From Vermamoeba vermiformis (taxonomy: Eukaryota), in the NCBI GenBank assembly GCA_045837725.1, contig JBEWZL010000184.1, positions 62,001 to 126,000 on the forward strand: 64,000 nt of DNA, written 5' to 3'. How positions within the stretch are numbered: the first letter of the stretch is position 1; each line of letters begins with the position of its first letter. The translations under genes and the position numbers were made by a program. Below are positions 13,101 to 25,997 of this stretch, one piece after another. The notes beneath the pieces are model-generated. The model did not search any database and was not told the origin of the DNA. It saw nothing but the letters and a program-made list of their open reading frames with translations.

Positions 13101-14637
13101 TTCTTAATACGATGAGCCTCGTCGATAATCAAGTATCGGAAGTTGAATTGTTTGAAGGCGCTCTTCTCGCGAATAGCCATTTCGTAGGTGGTAATGACCA
13201 CATCGAACTTGCCAGGCTTCAACAACGTCTTTTTCTGCTCCTCCTAGACGACACAAGGTAAGTACACTCTACACTGCCATGACGTCTCGTATACTTACGC
13301 GCTCCTCTTTGTTGCCGTGGAATGTGACGACATCCATGGAAGGCACCCACTTCTTGAATTCATTCTTCCAGTTACCCATGGTGGACTTGGGCACGATGAC
13401 AATGTGAGGGCCGTGCACGCCACGAACTTCTTTCAAGTAGCACAAGAAGGCAACTGTTTGTAGTGTCTTGCCCAAACCCTGTATTAATGTATCAGTATTG
13501 TCGACATCATCTCCTCGCGTACCATTTCATCGGCCAGAATGCCGTTGATGCCATTGTCGTACAACTTGATCAACCAGTTCAGACCCTGCAATTGATAGTC
13601 CTTCATTTCACCGTTCTTGACGAGTAAACTTGCAGTTAAGGACAACATCATTAATTACACGAATGATATTATGAAACTGAACAGGTGTTAAAAAGGATAT
13701 AAGGTGGACTAACGGTCCAACGGGTGACAAAGTGAGACTCGGCCTCTTCTTCTTCCTCTTCCATGATCTCTTTATCCTCTTGTTCGGATAAAGCTCCGCG
13801 GCGCTTGGTCGGTGTAGCCCTATTTGATTGACACATTGAGCTACAAACAATACGGAACGCGATCGGATCCATCAATACGTACTGAACTTTCTCTTGTGAT
13901 TTTTGCAACCCAGAACCAGCCTTCACGAAGTGTGTAAAGATTTCGGTCTGATCAAGCAAATACTTCAACCGATTGTTCGCGGATTTGGCCTAAAAGAGCA
14001 ACAGATTACTTGTTATTCGCGTGTACCAGCTCCAAAACGTAGTATTTCATTTTTAAGACATAAAATATCATGTATGTGTATCCGCCGAGCATATGTCATG
14101 GTTACAGGGCATTAGCCCCAATTTTAAAAATTATTAATTGGATTGGCGCGGTACGTACCTGATCTGCAGCAAATAACTCGTTTTGTTTAGCTCGGAGGTC
14201 TTCCAAAGCCTTCTTTTGTTCCATTTTTATTTTCTTTAATCGCTCTTTATCTTTTCGAGCCATGTCTGCGACGTCTTTCGGCACTCCTTCGAGCTCCTCC
14301 TGATCGACGAGTTTTAATTAGAACAAGGGCTCTATAATTCTGAATATTATTTCCTATTTTTAATATACCTCGTCTTCACTCTTTACATCATTGTTTTGGT
14401 TATCGTCAGCAAGATCCGCCTGCAAAAATAATTATTTTTAAGTTACATCCACTAAAATCGGAAGACAGCATTTTGCTATCACGCCATTCATACTTCGTCA
14501 ATTTCCATATCGTCGAGATTCTCATCTGACTCGTCTTTCTTTTCTTCGCCACTCTTGGGCTCCTCAATATCGTTCATTTGCTCATCTTGATCTTCCTTCT
14601 CCACCTCGTTTTTCTTTTTATTATTATTGTTAGACAT
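10193..14637 (-). CDS. ISWI: ISWI/SNF2H chromatin-remodelling ATPase
   Basis: [42 protein letters not shown], then HAND-SANT-SLIDE-like region and K/E-rich tail; one intron is AT-AC. Confidence 0.96.
13624..13700 (-). other. U12-type (minor spliceosome) AT-AC intron in ISWI
   Basis: Minus strand reads ATATCCTTT...TCCTTAAC-TGCAAGTTT-AC; removal restores [18 protein letters not shown]. Confidence 0.93.
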
Positions 14638-14883
14638 TTTGTAAATCAACACCAATAGAGTTGTTTACAACGCCCGCAAGCAAGACAAATGTTCATTCAG
14701 ACCGAGGTCAGAAAATGGCGCCGCAACAATAATTTGAACCTCACAATGCACACCTGCATATCCAATAATGACACCGTATGTTTTAACGCTACGCACATAT
14801 TTTCTTCTTTATTTATTTGCAACAATCATTTCGTTTGATGATCATTGTAATTGAAAGTTTTATTCTTGTATTTTCTTGTCATT

Positions 14884-16022
14884 TCAGCCCACGATCGTCA
14901 AAGTGTATCTTTCAGGATTCGAATAGGATGCACCGCTCTTCATAGAATCTTCGTGGTTTTGATAAGTCAATAACAGCTTGCCCTTAGGAGCGTTCAATTC
15001 AAGCAGCTTTTTCAGCGAGTTTCTGGATCGCGATGTCAGTGTCTGTGCCAGTGATAGTGAGCCTATAAATACTTACCCAAGCATCAAAATTGTGTCTTCG
15101 TCGTTCTTGTCGCGATTCCTGTGTAATTATACGTGATTAGCATGACTAGCAACTATTATAATGATCTATAGAATAGACGAAGTACCAGATCGCAATTCTG
15201 TCAGCAGCCTTCCTGCGCGAGCACACACAGCCAGTAATATTGTCGCCAGCATCGAGTGTCTCGCCAATAATTGAAAGCACCTAATAATAAGACATTATTA
15301 GCTCTCTGGAGAAGCGTGCAAAGGCTGGCTAGTGGCTACATACCACGCTCTCCCAAAATATATCTAAATGCTCGCGCTGATTGCCCTTCAAATTAATAAC
15401 CCATTTACCTCCCTATATTAGCGGCATATAATTAGTAATGACGGTATAAGACTACGATCTAGGCTAATAATTACATTGACGTTTGATTGGTCTTCCCACA
15501 TTGGTTTAATATCCCCCTTGAATAAATGATAGTTTGCATTATTTCCTAGTTGACTAGGCTTTGCCATATGATTGAAATATCTAAATAAAATAAGCCAGCA
15601 TTTAGCAAGATCTAATAAATTCAGAAAAAAATTATTTTGCATTACCTCCAGAAGTCCTCGACCTATTGAACATGAAATGATCGTGGTTAGTATAAGTACT
15701 TTAAAGTAAACAAAAGAGTACAATAACAGGTGAATGGAAGTCCGAATCCAGGTTTCATAAAATTATTATGAAGCAGAATAAAATTAAAAATAAGAAAAAA
15801 AACCTAAAATAATCGCTTGAATGATGTACTTACAGTAGCGAAAGCACCAACATGAATTAAATTGGATTCATACTGGTCTTTTTCTCCTCGAGTTCGCTTG
15901 TTGTTGTTTTGTCTTCGATCGTACCAGAAAGACCACTCATTTTCGAGCGGATGTAAAGCGAGATTTTCTTCGTCAATATTTTCTTCGACGGATGTGTTCT
16001 GTTGGTTGTCTTGTTCTGCCAT
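14884..16022 (-). CDS. EIF4E: Translation initiation factor eIF4E
   Basis: HPLENEWSFW, TVEDFW, YHLFKGDIKPMWED, GGKW, DRIAIW; 7 exons including a 17-nt microexon at 15646-15662. Confidence 0.93.
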
Positions 16023-16265
16023 CGTGGATTAGAGTCAGATGCCCAAAAAAATTAACAAAATAAAGTTACAGTTAAATAAATAATTTACAAATGTTGTTCG
16101 CAGTATATAAAGTTGTTTGAAAATCAAAGCTCTGAGCTGGGCACAAAAAATAGAGCTCCGTTTGGTTACCAGCCATTTTTTGCCCGTCAAATTTCTACGG
16201 CACCATTTTTTTATGCCCAAAACGCCATAACAAATATCACTGTGCAACTGACCAAGATACCAAAT

Positions 16266-17050
16266 ATGCTGCGTATTGTTAACGCCATCAGCGTAGCCTC
16301 ACGAAGAGTGCCCAAGACTCTTAAATCAAAGAAAGGCCTGTTTGCCTCGATCAAAAAAACAAATGCACCCAGCAGAAGTTTTGTAACCAGCATTTATCAA
16401 AAGGAAAAAACCAAAAAAAGTACGATCACCTATATAAACGATGGGGACCATTCACGGTTCAAATAGACAATTTTCTGACATTATTATAATTTTAATGAAG
16501 CAAATTAGAATTATTTATTTTACCGTCTACAGGTTATTAAACTATTGTTTCTAGTGCTCACCTTGGAGGAGATTGCAGTTGGTCTTGAAAGAGAAGAATT
16601 GGAAGCCGAGGCTAAGGGAAGACATTACATCCAAGATGATATCTTGAGAGGTCCTTTTGGTACCCCCGATAACCCTGTTATTGTCCCTTCTGCTTATGAT
16701 GTTCGCATTGTTGGTTGCATGGGTAAGTTTTGTACAATTTATTATAAATTTGGAGCTTTTCTGAGGCAATTACAATTTTTACTGCATTTGATTCACGATC
16801 TGCCCCTCTTTGCACTCCGATAAAATTCTCTTCTGACAATACCAATATTAATAATAAAATTTTAATAGGTGGTCCCGGTCCTCTTGCTCACGAATTGTTG
16901 TGGCACAACCTTAAGAAAGACAAACCCTTGGCCTGCTTGGAGTGCGGTCAAGTCTTCAAAATGATTCCTCTTGAAGAATACGAAAAACAACACGGTGGTG
17001 CTTCTGTTACTCACCACCACGAACACAACCACCCTGTTCAAAAACACTAA
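16266..17050 (+). CDS. COX5B: Cytochrome c oxidase subunit 5b
   Basis: Basic mitochondrial presequence; GPFGTPDNPVIVPS, RIVGCMG, CLECGQVFK. Confidence 0.9.
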
Positions 17051-17424
17051 TGTACCAATGCCATTATCGATATTCTTGAATATACATTCCAATAATTAAA
17101 ACCCAAAAATTCCATTAATCGAACTGCATTTACGGTGGTATGTATTACTATTTAATTATCAGCTAGCCAGCACAATCGTTCGAACTGGCGCAGCCGAACG
17201 CAGATCTACCCACAATATTATTTTCCTTCAACGCAGTAATTTTTAAGTGTATCGGTCACTATCACAACGTTTTCCAGTATTACTGCCCTAACAATCAGAA
17301 TTCTTAGCAGGCAAATTTCTGTCGAGTTAGCCGTTTTTTTTGGCGTTCCCGCCCAAATAAAAATAAAAAGGTTCGGTTGTTACTTTAGTATTTCATATAC
17401 ACATCAACACCACAACACTAAACA

Positions 17425-18950
17425 ATGAGTGTTCATACATTTCCAGTATTACCTCTAAAGGAGATATGCATGTGCATTAACGAGCTCATCCCGAGCGTCA
17501 AGATCACTCCAGAGCTTCTCAAGCAGCCTGAAGCTGATAAAATTAGATCAATATACGAAGCAGTAGTCGAGCGTGTGTTAGAGAAGACAAGGGACGAATA
17601 TGCAGGCGCTCGCGAAGAAGGAATCCCCGCATTTGAACATCCTGAACTTCACGAACTCAGCGTTCCCGAGCTCAATTTCTTCCGCGATTTGTAAGAGCAA
17701 TATTTTTATATTCATGCAATTGTACTGAACGTAAACAGGTTCCAAGTTATGGGTGCTTGCGGTATCCACGACTTCACTCTCCGCGATATTTCCAACCCTA
17801 CGGATAAGAGAACCTGCGCCATATTGAGCGGTATCATCAACTTTGTTCGCTTCAGAGAAGATCAAATTCAAACTTACAACAGCCTCACCGGCCATACCGT
17901 AAGTGCGATCGTCGATCACCCAACTGTACTCACAATGCCAAAATAGGAATTGCTAGTCACTGAGCGCGACGCTATCGCCGAGGAGGAGCAGAAGAGCGCC
18001 ACCGATTTGGCTGCGTTACGCGAAGAGATTGCCGCTGAAGAGCCTCAAGTGAAAATTGAACTTGAAGCTGTGGGTAAGGCCCAAACGACTATCAGCCAGC
18101 TCAACGAGCAACAAGCTGCCCTTCAAAATCAAATTCACGAGACTAAGGGCAAGATCCAGACTGCTGCTAACAAACACGTAAGTCGAAGGTCGTTGTTCGA
18201 GCCAGGTTCGATGTCTAACATTGTTTTCAGACTCAACTCCGCGAGCAAGTCAATACCATCAAGCAACACAACTTGCGCCTCCGCTCGATGATCGTGCAAT
18301 CACCAGAGAAGGCCAAGCGCAATATTGAAGAGATGGCAGTCAGCTTGGAGAAGGAGCGCAAGATGACCTTGGACTACGAAGGCAAACAACGCGAGTTACA
18401 AGCCCGCGTGGATCACATGTACCGCATCAATCACGTAAGTCTGATGCACAATAGTGTCGGACGAGCAGCCCTCTCACCCCGTTATCAGGACCTCAAAGGC
18501 TGCATGCAATTGCTCGAATTGACTGCTGCTGAGTTTGCACGCAAAGACGAAGTCAAGGCCCGCATTGCTCAAAAGCGACAAATGATCCAGGACCTCGAGC
18601 AAGAGTTGCGCGACCTTGAGTTGTCTGAACAACAATGGAGCCGCCAATTGCAAACTATTCGCGAGAAATTGGGCCGTTTGGAACGTACTGAACAAGAGCG
18701 CACTGTCGAGTGGCAACAGATCTTGAACAAGCTGCACGAGGAGCGCGCTAACATCGAGAAGGAGCGTTTGAGCATCAAGCAACGAGTTACTCAAAACGAG
18801 TTGATGATTCTGCAGTTCAAGTCTGAAGAAGAGACACTGCGTCGCGACCATACTGAAGAAATGGGCAAGATGGGCGAGTTGTTCGAGTTCCTCTACCGCC
18901 AAGTCGAGGAGTATCACCATCAACTGGCTACCATGTTGACTGCCCAATAA
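17425..18950 (+). CDS. NUF2: Kinetochore protein Nuf2
   Basis: N-terminal FPVLPLKEI, DFTLRDISNP...ILSGIINFVRFRE, followed by long coiled coil. Confidence 0.88.
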
Positions 18951-19183
18951 GGCGACAAAGTCCTGCGCTGCTTTTTGTAGAGGTCTCATTAAGTTGAATG
19001 ACTGCTGCGAACTTGTAATATAAATAGTAAATAGTAAATAATTGTTTAATAAGAGCTAGCTCCTGTGCTTGTTCTGTCATCCTGTTCAAGTGTTCAGCCA
19101 CGCGGGCAACAAAAATTCTTTTCAAGGTTATTAGATTGTTCTGTTCCTACCAAACTTAATATACAACAACTGAGGCATTCACA

Positions 19184-21579
19184 ATGGCAGCAGTCAATAT
19201 TGTTAGCAAAAATACCGAGCTGGCTCGCAAGATGACAGCCTTGCTCATCAACATTAATGCCGCCAAAGGTTTGCAAAATGTTCTTTCCAGCAATTTGGGA
19301 CCTCGAGGAACAATGAAGATGTAAGTAAAGCCATTTAATAATCGTTAAATTCAACTGCAAGAGCGATTATAATTTTTCGAATCCACCTCAATAATTATTT
19401 TATTTATTTTTCTCCTCTCAATTATTTGTTAATTAGAGAGCAATAACATGTTTATAAAGCACCATATTATTATTATAAATATTATTCAGAACGTTTTGAA
19501 AGTATCGAATCTGATTTGGCTTATTGCTAGGCTTGTTTCTGGCGGTGGTGATATTAAAATTACTAAGGACGGAAACGTCTTGCTTAAAGAAATGGTGAGT
19601 GTTATAAGAGAAGATTAGCAGCAAGCGTTTTAACGAAGGCAGAAAACGATCTCTGAATCCCTGAATCTCGACCAATATTCTAACCTAATATTTAATGCAG
19701 CAAATCTCTCACCCTACTGCATCATTGATTGCACGCACATCAACTTCACAAGACGAAATCACTGGTGACGGCACAACCTCGAACGTGTTGTTGATCGGCG
19801 AGATCTTGAAGCAAGCAGAGCGTTATTTGATGGAAGGTCTTCATCCTCGCGTTATTGCCGACGGTATTGAGTTGGCCAAGAAGTAAGTACTAGTTTCTCT
19901 TCTACTGTCAATTTTTTTGGTTGGATCTGGAGGCAAGCAGGAAGACAAAACCTTACAGTATTCACTACGTGACTGTTAAATGCAGAAATCACTCTGAACA
20001 TTGCCTATTTATTATAACAATATTAATAGCAGTTGATCTATGAATAGTCATTGATTATTCCTTTATTGCAACAGGCGCACTCAACAATTTTTGGACAAAA
20101 TTAAGGTCCCCAAGAACGTGATGGACCGTGAAGTGCTCATCAATGTCGCTCGTACTTCGTTGCGCACCAAGATTGCACGCAAGTTGGCAGATCCATTGAC
20201 TGAGCAGGTCGTGGATGCTGTTCGTACCATTCAACGCCCCGACACCCCTATTGATTTGTTTATGGTTGAAATTCTTCAAATGATCCACAAAGCCGAGCCT
20301 GATACTACTTTGGTAAGATTAAGCAGCACCAAATCTAATCTATACTGAATTGGACTAACGCTGTTGTTGTGCAGATCAAGGGTCTTGTTTTGGACCACGG
20401 TGGTCGTCACCCTGAGATGCCCAAACGTGTTGAGAATGCATTCATTTTAACTTGCAACGTCTCACTCGAATATGAAAAGACTGAAGTGAACACCACTTTG
20501 ATTTACACCAACGCCGAGGAGAAGGAAAGAATGGTTGAAGCTGAGCGCAAATTGACCGACGACAGAGTGCGCAAGATCATTGCTTTGAAGCGTCAGGTGA
20601 GCAGTTGATTAATGAATACTCTTTTATGATGCGTCCGTGATTGAAATGAAGACACAACCTTGCAGTATTAACACCGTGACTGTCAAATGCAGAAATCACT
20701 CTGAACAATCACAACTCATTTATACTACCATTACACTGAGTACTTTGCGACTCGATCTAATCTTTGTTATTAATATGACAGGTGTGCGACACTCCCGACA
20801 AGAAGTTCGTCATCATCAATCAGAACGGCATTGACCCTCCATCCCTCGACATGCTCGCCAAGGAAGGCATTCTCGCCTTGCGCCGTGCCAAGAGGTCAGT
20901 AATTAGTGTACTTGTATCTAGGACTTGCGACTAACTCCCACCCGCTAGACGTAACATGGAGCGCATGACTTTGGCGTGTGGTGGTGTGGCCGTAAACAGC
21001 GTGGAAGACTTGACCCCTGACGTGTTAGGTCACGCAGGTCTCGTGTACGAGTACAGCCTCGGCGAAGAGAAATACACCTTTGTCGAGCAAGTCAAGAACC
21101 CGCACTCCTGCACCATTTTGTTGCGTGCCCCCGACAAGCACACCTTGGAGCAGATCAAGGACGCCATTCGTGATGGTTTGCGTGCAGTGAAGAACACCAT
21201 TGACGACGGATGTGTTGTTCCTGGCGCTGGTGCTTTTGAAATTGCTGCTCACTTGGACCTGCTCAAGTACAAGGACGAAGTTGCCGGCCGTGCTAAGCTC
21301 GGAGTGCAAGCTTTTGCTGATGCCTTGCTCGTGGTGCCTAAAGTGCTCGCTGCTAACTCTGGATTTGATCCGATCGATGTTTTGATCAAGTTGCAAGACG
21401 AACACAAGAAGGGCCACATCGTTGGTCTCGACTTAGAGACTGGTGAGCCTTTGGACCCCATCGCTGAGGGTATTTTTGACAATTACAAGGTCAAGCGCCA
21501 CTACATCCAGTCCAGCTCCGTTGTTGCCACTCAATTGTTGCTCGTTGATGAAATCTTGCGTGCTGGTAAGAAGGGATAA
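19184..21579 (+). CDS. CCT6: Chaperonin CCT/TRiC subunit zeta
   Basis: [55 protein letters not shown]; 7 exons. Confidence 0.96.
19931..20006 (+). ncRNA. Intronic box C/D snoRNA, copy 1 (CCT6 intron 3)
   Basis: Terminal stem AGGCAA/TTGCCT, C-like box AGGAAGA, D box CTGA at 19994, guide GCAGAAATCAC complementary to conserved LSU rRNA GUGAUUUCUGC. Confidence 0.8.
20637..20712 (+). ncRNA. Intronic box C/D snoRNA, copy 2 (CCT6 intron 5)
   Basis: Terminal stem GTGATTG/CAATCAC, C-like box ATGAAGA at 20646, D box CTGA at 20701, same guide as copy 1. Confidence 0.85.
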
Positions 21580-21730
21580 GCAATGTGTATGCATATTCAA
21601 GTTGAATGTGGATATGTGGATGCACTAACAGTCGTGTACAACCAAAAAAGAATAAACAAAAAAAATCTAAAATATTCTTGGATCTATTCTCAATTATTTA
21701 GCAACAAGAAGACAACACGAGCTTGTGAAC

Positions 21731-22508
21731 ATGGAGGCACTCATTCAAAACTTAGCTGGACAAAGCCAATCCTCAGAGCAAAGTAGGTGACGTCACAGGT
21801 CTTTGCTTTAGTTCGGATCCTGCTAAAATTAATTTGAAATAATTCTTAATATGAAGTATACGTTTACTGACAAATTTGATAATTTTCAGCAGCTATCCAA
21901 TTGGTTATTAATTTTTAATTGCTAGATCCCGAAAAATTAACGACTGCCGAGAAATACAGAAATGACGGCAACGAGCACTTCAAAAAAGGTGAAAACAAGA
22001 AGGCAATGGGTGCATATCATAACGCATTGATGTACTTGAAGGTAATTCGAGCGTTTTAATTCTCGAGAATTCTGCTAATTGGTGGATCTGCTCAGAGTTT
22101 GAACGGTCCATCGCAAGAACAGTCGCAGAAGGCCAAAGCCATCAAACTAGCTTGCTACTTGAACTTGGCCGCGGCACAGTTGAAAGAGAATAATTGGGAG
22201 AAGGTTATCAAGTACAGCACTGAGGCCCTGACCATTGAACCGAGTAAGTGTCATGTCAGTACTCGTGACTGGTGCTGATTCAAATGTTGTTAGACAATGT
22301 CAAGGCCCTGTATCGACGAGGCAAGGCTCATCACAATGACAAGAACTTGGATGCAGCTGAAACAGACTTGGAGGCCGCACTGCGCGTCGATCCCAACAAC
22401 GCCGAGGTCGTGCAAGAACTGCGCCGCGTGCGTGAAAAAATGAAGGCACACAAAGAGAAGGAGAAGCAGAAGTTTGCTGGCTTCTTTGACAAGCTCGCTG
22501 ATGAATAG
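21731..22508 (+). CDS. Small TPR-domain protein (FKBP/Cyp40-type TPR, no PPIase domain seen)
   Basis: AEKYRNDGNEHFKKG, CYLNLAAAQLK, NVKALYRRGKA, EKQKFAGFF. Confidence 0.8.
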
Positions 22509-22673
22509 ACGAGTGATTTGTACAGATGTGACATGCCTTTTAGTCCAAAATAAATGTAGTGCTGGGTGGAACGAATTTTATTCGTCGAGTTAAATAAGTA
22601 ATTTCGCAAAAAATAAAACAAAACTGATGCTATTAATATGACACAAAGTTATTATTGGGTTATTATATTTCTT

Positions 22674-25600
22674 CTAATCCAAGTTGTACCGCTCTTTCAA
22701 AGCTTTTCGCAGATCTTCAGGGAACTTGTTGTACGAAGGGCCCCAGTTCTCAGGCCCCAATTTCTGTTTGTAGGCGTGCAATATTTGGTGGAACATGTTC
22801 TTCAAGTCTTCTTTGGGCTTGCCCCAAGACACAAAGCCCAAGCACAGCTCGTAGAAAGCAGGCAAAAATGCGAGTGGTGCGGCGTTGATTGCAGCGCAGA
22901 GACCTCTGAACGCTGATTCTTTTTCAGTGTCGCTCTCGATATTACGCAACACTGGCAGCCATTGATTGACAAACTGAGGCAAGAAGGGCACTACTGTCTC
23001 AGCGGATGAGAGGCACAAGCGACCAATGCAAATAGCTGCGTTCTCTTTGAGCAGAGGGTCTTCAAGCTTGGGCTCGTTAATAATAGGGACAAGTTTCTCG
23101 AGGATGGGGATGACGAAGGGCCTCATTTCACTGATGCACATGTTAGTCTGCTTCAGTGGTACGTATTGCGACACTTACTCTCTGATCTGCACTGCAATCT
23201 CACCCATGGCCCAACTAGCATTGTTGCACACTGTGGCGTATTGTTTGGGGTGAATGGCAGAGATCATTGCTGTGATGAGCTGTGGCAGAGCTGGCTTGAT
23301 GTAGCCCAGCACCCACTGCGCCAAGTCACCAATCAGCGCAAAGGCGCTTTGCAGCACATCACCACGTGGGTCTTGTGAGACAGTGACGAGCATGTTGAGC
23401 AGATTGGATTGTGTCACGAGACTGGACACGCCAGAGTTGAGAGCTGTGAAGAGTTAGTGCTGTGTTAAGGTACTAGCCGAGCACGTACATTCAGTGAGGG
23501 CCGCAATGATGTCCAGCGAGAGGATCATAAACTCGCGTGGTGGAGGGTCCATGTCCATGTCAGCCGCGGCCTGGCAAAATGTTAGTAATCGGTGACACGT
23601 GTCAATAAGAGGTACTTACGGCAATGCCCAAAATGGTCTTTTCAATCAGTGTGATGGCTTTGTTGAATACCACACCTGCATATTGTTGGAATCCGATGCT
23701 GAGTGACAAGATGAGGGGCGGCAGAGCTTGCAGCACAGGATACAAATGAACGTCGTCATCAGCAGTCTCGAGCATGAATTGAATCATTGGCGGGACCAGT
23801 GCTTCAACATAGCGCGGTCTGTTCAGTGCACTGCCCACTGTCTCGGCCAAGGTACCAATAGCGTCCCAGAGAACGAGTCTGTTTTTAATCTGCAAATGTG
23901 ACACGTGTCATTAACGATATTGAGGCGTGGCCAGTACGTACTTGGAAGGAATTGGCGGCTTGAGCGAAGACATTGATAATGTTGTCCAAGTGCGGGCGCA
24001 TGTCTACATTGAACTCGCGCGAGTCATCCATAATGTTGGCGAGAGCACTCACTGCTGCGTGCTGCACCTTCTTGTTGGAGTCGAGCACGCGCGGCAGCAG
24101 AATGTTCAAGAGGTCTGAGATCATCTTCTTGGCTGCACGTGATGTGAGTGACATGCTGAGTGACACGTGTCATATTCTGACTTACCCTCGTGGTGATTCA
24201 TCAGCCACTTGGCATAACGACCGAGAGTCCAGCACGTGATGCTGCGAATTAAATAGACCTGATCATTGAGCAGACCGACCAAAAAAGGCAATATAGTATT
24301 CATGTGCGGGCCCAGGAACTGTTGCGCACCATTCGAGACAGTGCCGAGTGCCAAGACTGCAGCTTCACGGAAGATCCAGTTGTCAGTCTTGACCATCTCA
24401 CTCACTCGCGGCAACAAGACTTGCAACATATCCTCCTGTTCAGTGAATGATCTGTTCAGTGAATGGAATCGTACAACCAAACGCGCTGCAACTTACACCG
24501 AAGATGTAGGCCAGGGCATCAATGGCGGTGGCACTGCTCTTGCGCAGAGTCCAGCCATCAGACCCCTCGTCCAACACATTGCCGTCATCGTCGTCATCAT
24601 CATCGTCGTCTTCTTTGTTCTTTGGACCTGCATCATTCTCAGGCACGTGGGGCTTGATGTCTTTGGGTGCATCGGGCACTGCAGCATTGTCACCAAAGTC
24701 CACGCCGAGTGCGAGCAAGTCTTCAGGGCCGTAGGGCAATGCGCGCAACAAGACATCGAGCAGTGCGGGCAAGTGTGGCTTGAGCGAGTCATAGCACAAC
24801 TGCTCGTGCTCGCAAATAGCTGTCCAGAACTCGAGTGCTTCGAGTCTGATGCCCTCGTGCTTGTCTTGCGAGCTGAGCAGCATGTACTCGATGATGCGAT
24901 CGAGGCGCGGCTGCATGTTGCTCGCGTAACCCCAGATCAGCGTGGTGAAGGTCTTGCACACCTTGAGTCGCACTTGCGGAAAGGAGTCGGTGGCGAGAGT
25001 GAATATGCCCTGCAGTCGATAACACGTGTCAGTTTTGCCTAATTAGGAAATACACCATCTGCACAAACCTGCAAGAAGGCATCAAAATTAGCGACGATGA
25101 TGGTGGGTGTGGCGTAGAGAATAAAGTTCATAATCTCCAATGTCTTCTGTCGCAGCTCTTCACTCGGATGACCAAAGAATTGAATAAGACGAGGTACGAG
25201 CACATTAAGCGGTTTTGGACCGTTGGGCGGATCTATTTCAGTGCGTGGTGTGTCTTCGCAGATTTGACGCAAGACTTCAAAAGCACCGTTGAGTATTAAT
25301 GGTTCATTGCTGTCCAATAATTTCGTAAAGAATTCAATCACGCCCGGCCAGTTCGTCAATTTACCCTGCGAGCACGTGTTAGCAAGTCGAATTATTATCA
25401 ATTTATTCCCAAATATTGATACGCGGCGATCGTGCCTAAATTAATTATGTGGTAATTAAATATAATAAATGCGTACCCGTGACACGATCGTCGTAATAAC
25501 TGAAGCACAAGTGCGGCGCAGAAGTGCACTCGGATCTCCAACGAGGTTAACGATGTGTTGCTTCACATATTGCAGCACCTCATCAGGTATAGTTTTGAAG

Positions 25601-25900
25601 TGACGCAATACATTATTTTTCAATAAAATGCCTGCTTGAAAGCGGATTTCTTCGGGCAGATCTTGGCGTTCAAAAAGAATGACCAAATAATTGTTAAAAT
25701 CGGGCACTTTACGGAAGTGCTTCAATTGCTATAGAGGTGAATAAAAAAATATTAGATTATTATTATAATTAATTTTGATCAAATCCACAAACCTGCGCAA
25801 TTTGAAGCTGCACTTGCTTGCCTGCAGGTGCTGTAGCAGTGCGTAACAAATTAAACACTTCCTCGAGACCTTTAGGATTGGGTTGCCACTGGTTCGCCAT
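22674..25900 (-). CDS. TNPO1: Transportin-1 (karyopherin beta-2)
   Basis: MANQWQPNPKGL, acidic loop then WTLRKSSATAIDALA, IRSITCWTLGRY, CNNASWAMGEI, ENAAICIGRL. Confidence 0.93.
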
Positions 25901-25997
25901 TGGTCTCTCGATCCGATCTCCACAAATAAACTGACAAGAAAAACTGAAAATTTTGTTGCTTTTATTGCTCACTATACAACCGATTATTATACACCTC

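Noticed and set aside
19606-19669. Possible third snoRNA in CCT6 intron 2 (GCAGAAAACGATCTCTGA)
   Set aside because: No convincing C box correctly placed relative to a terminal stem, and no target recognised
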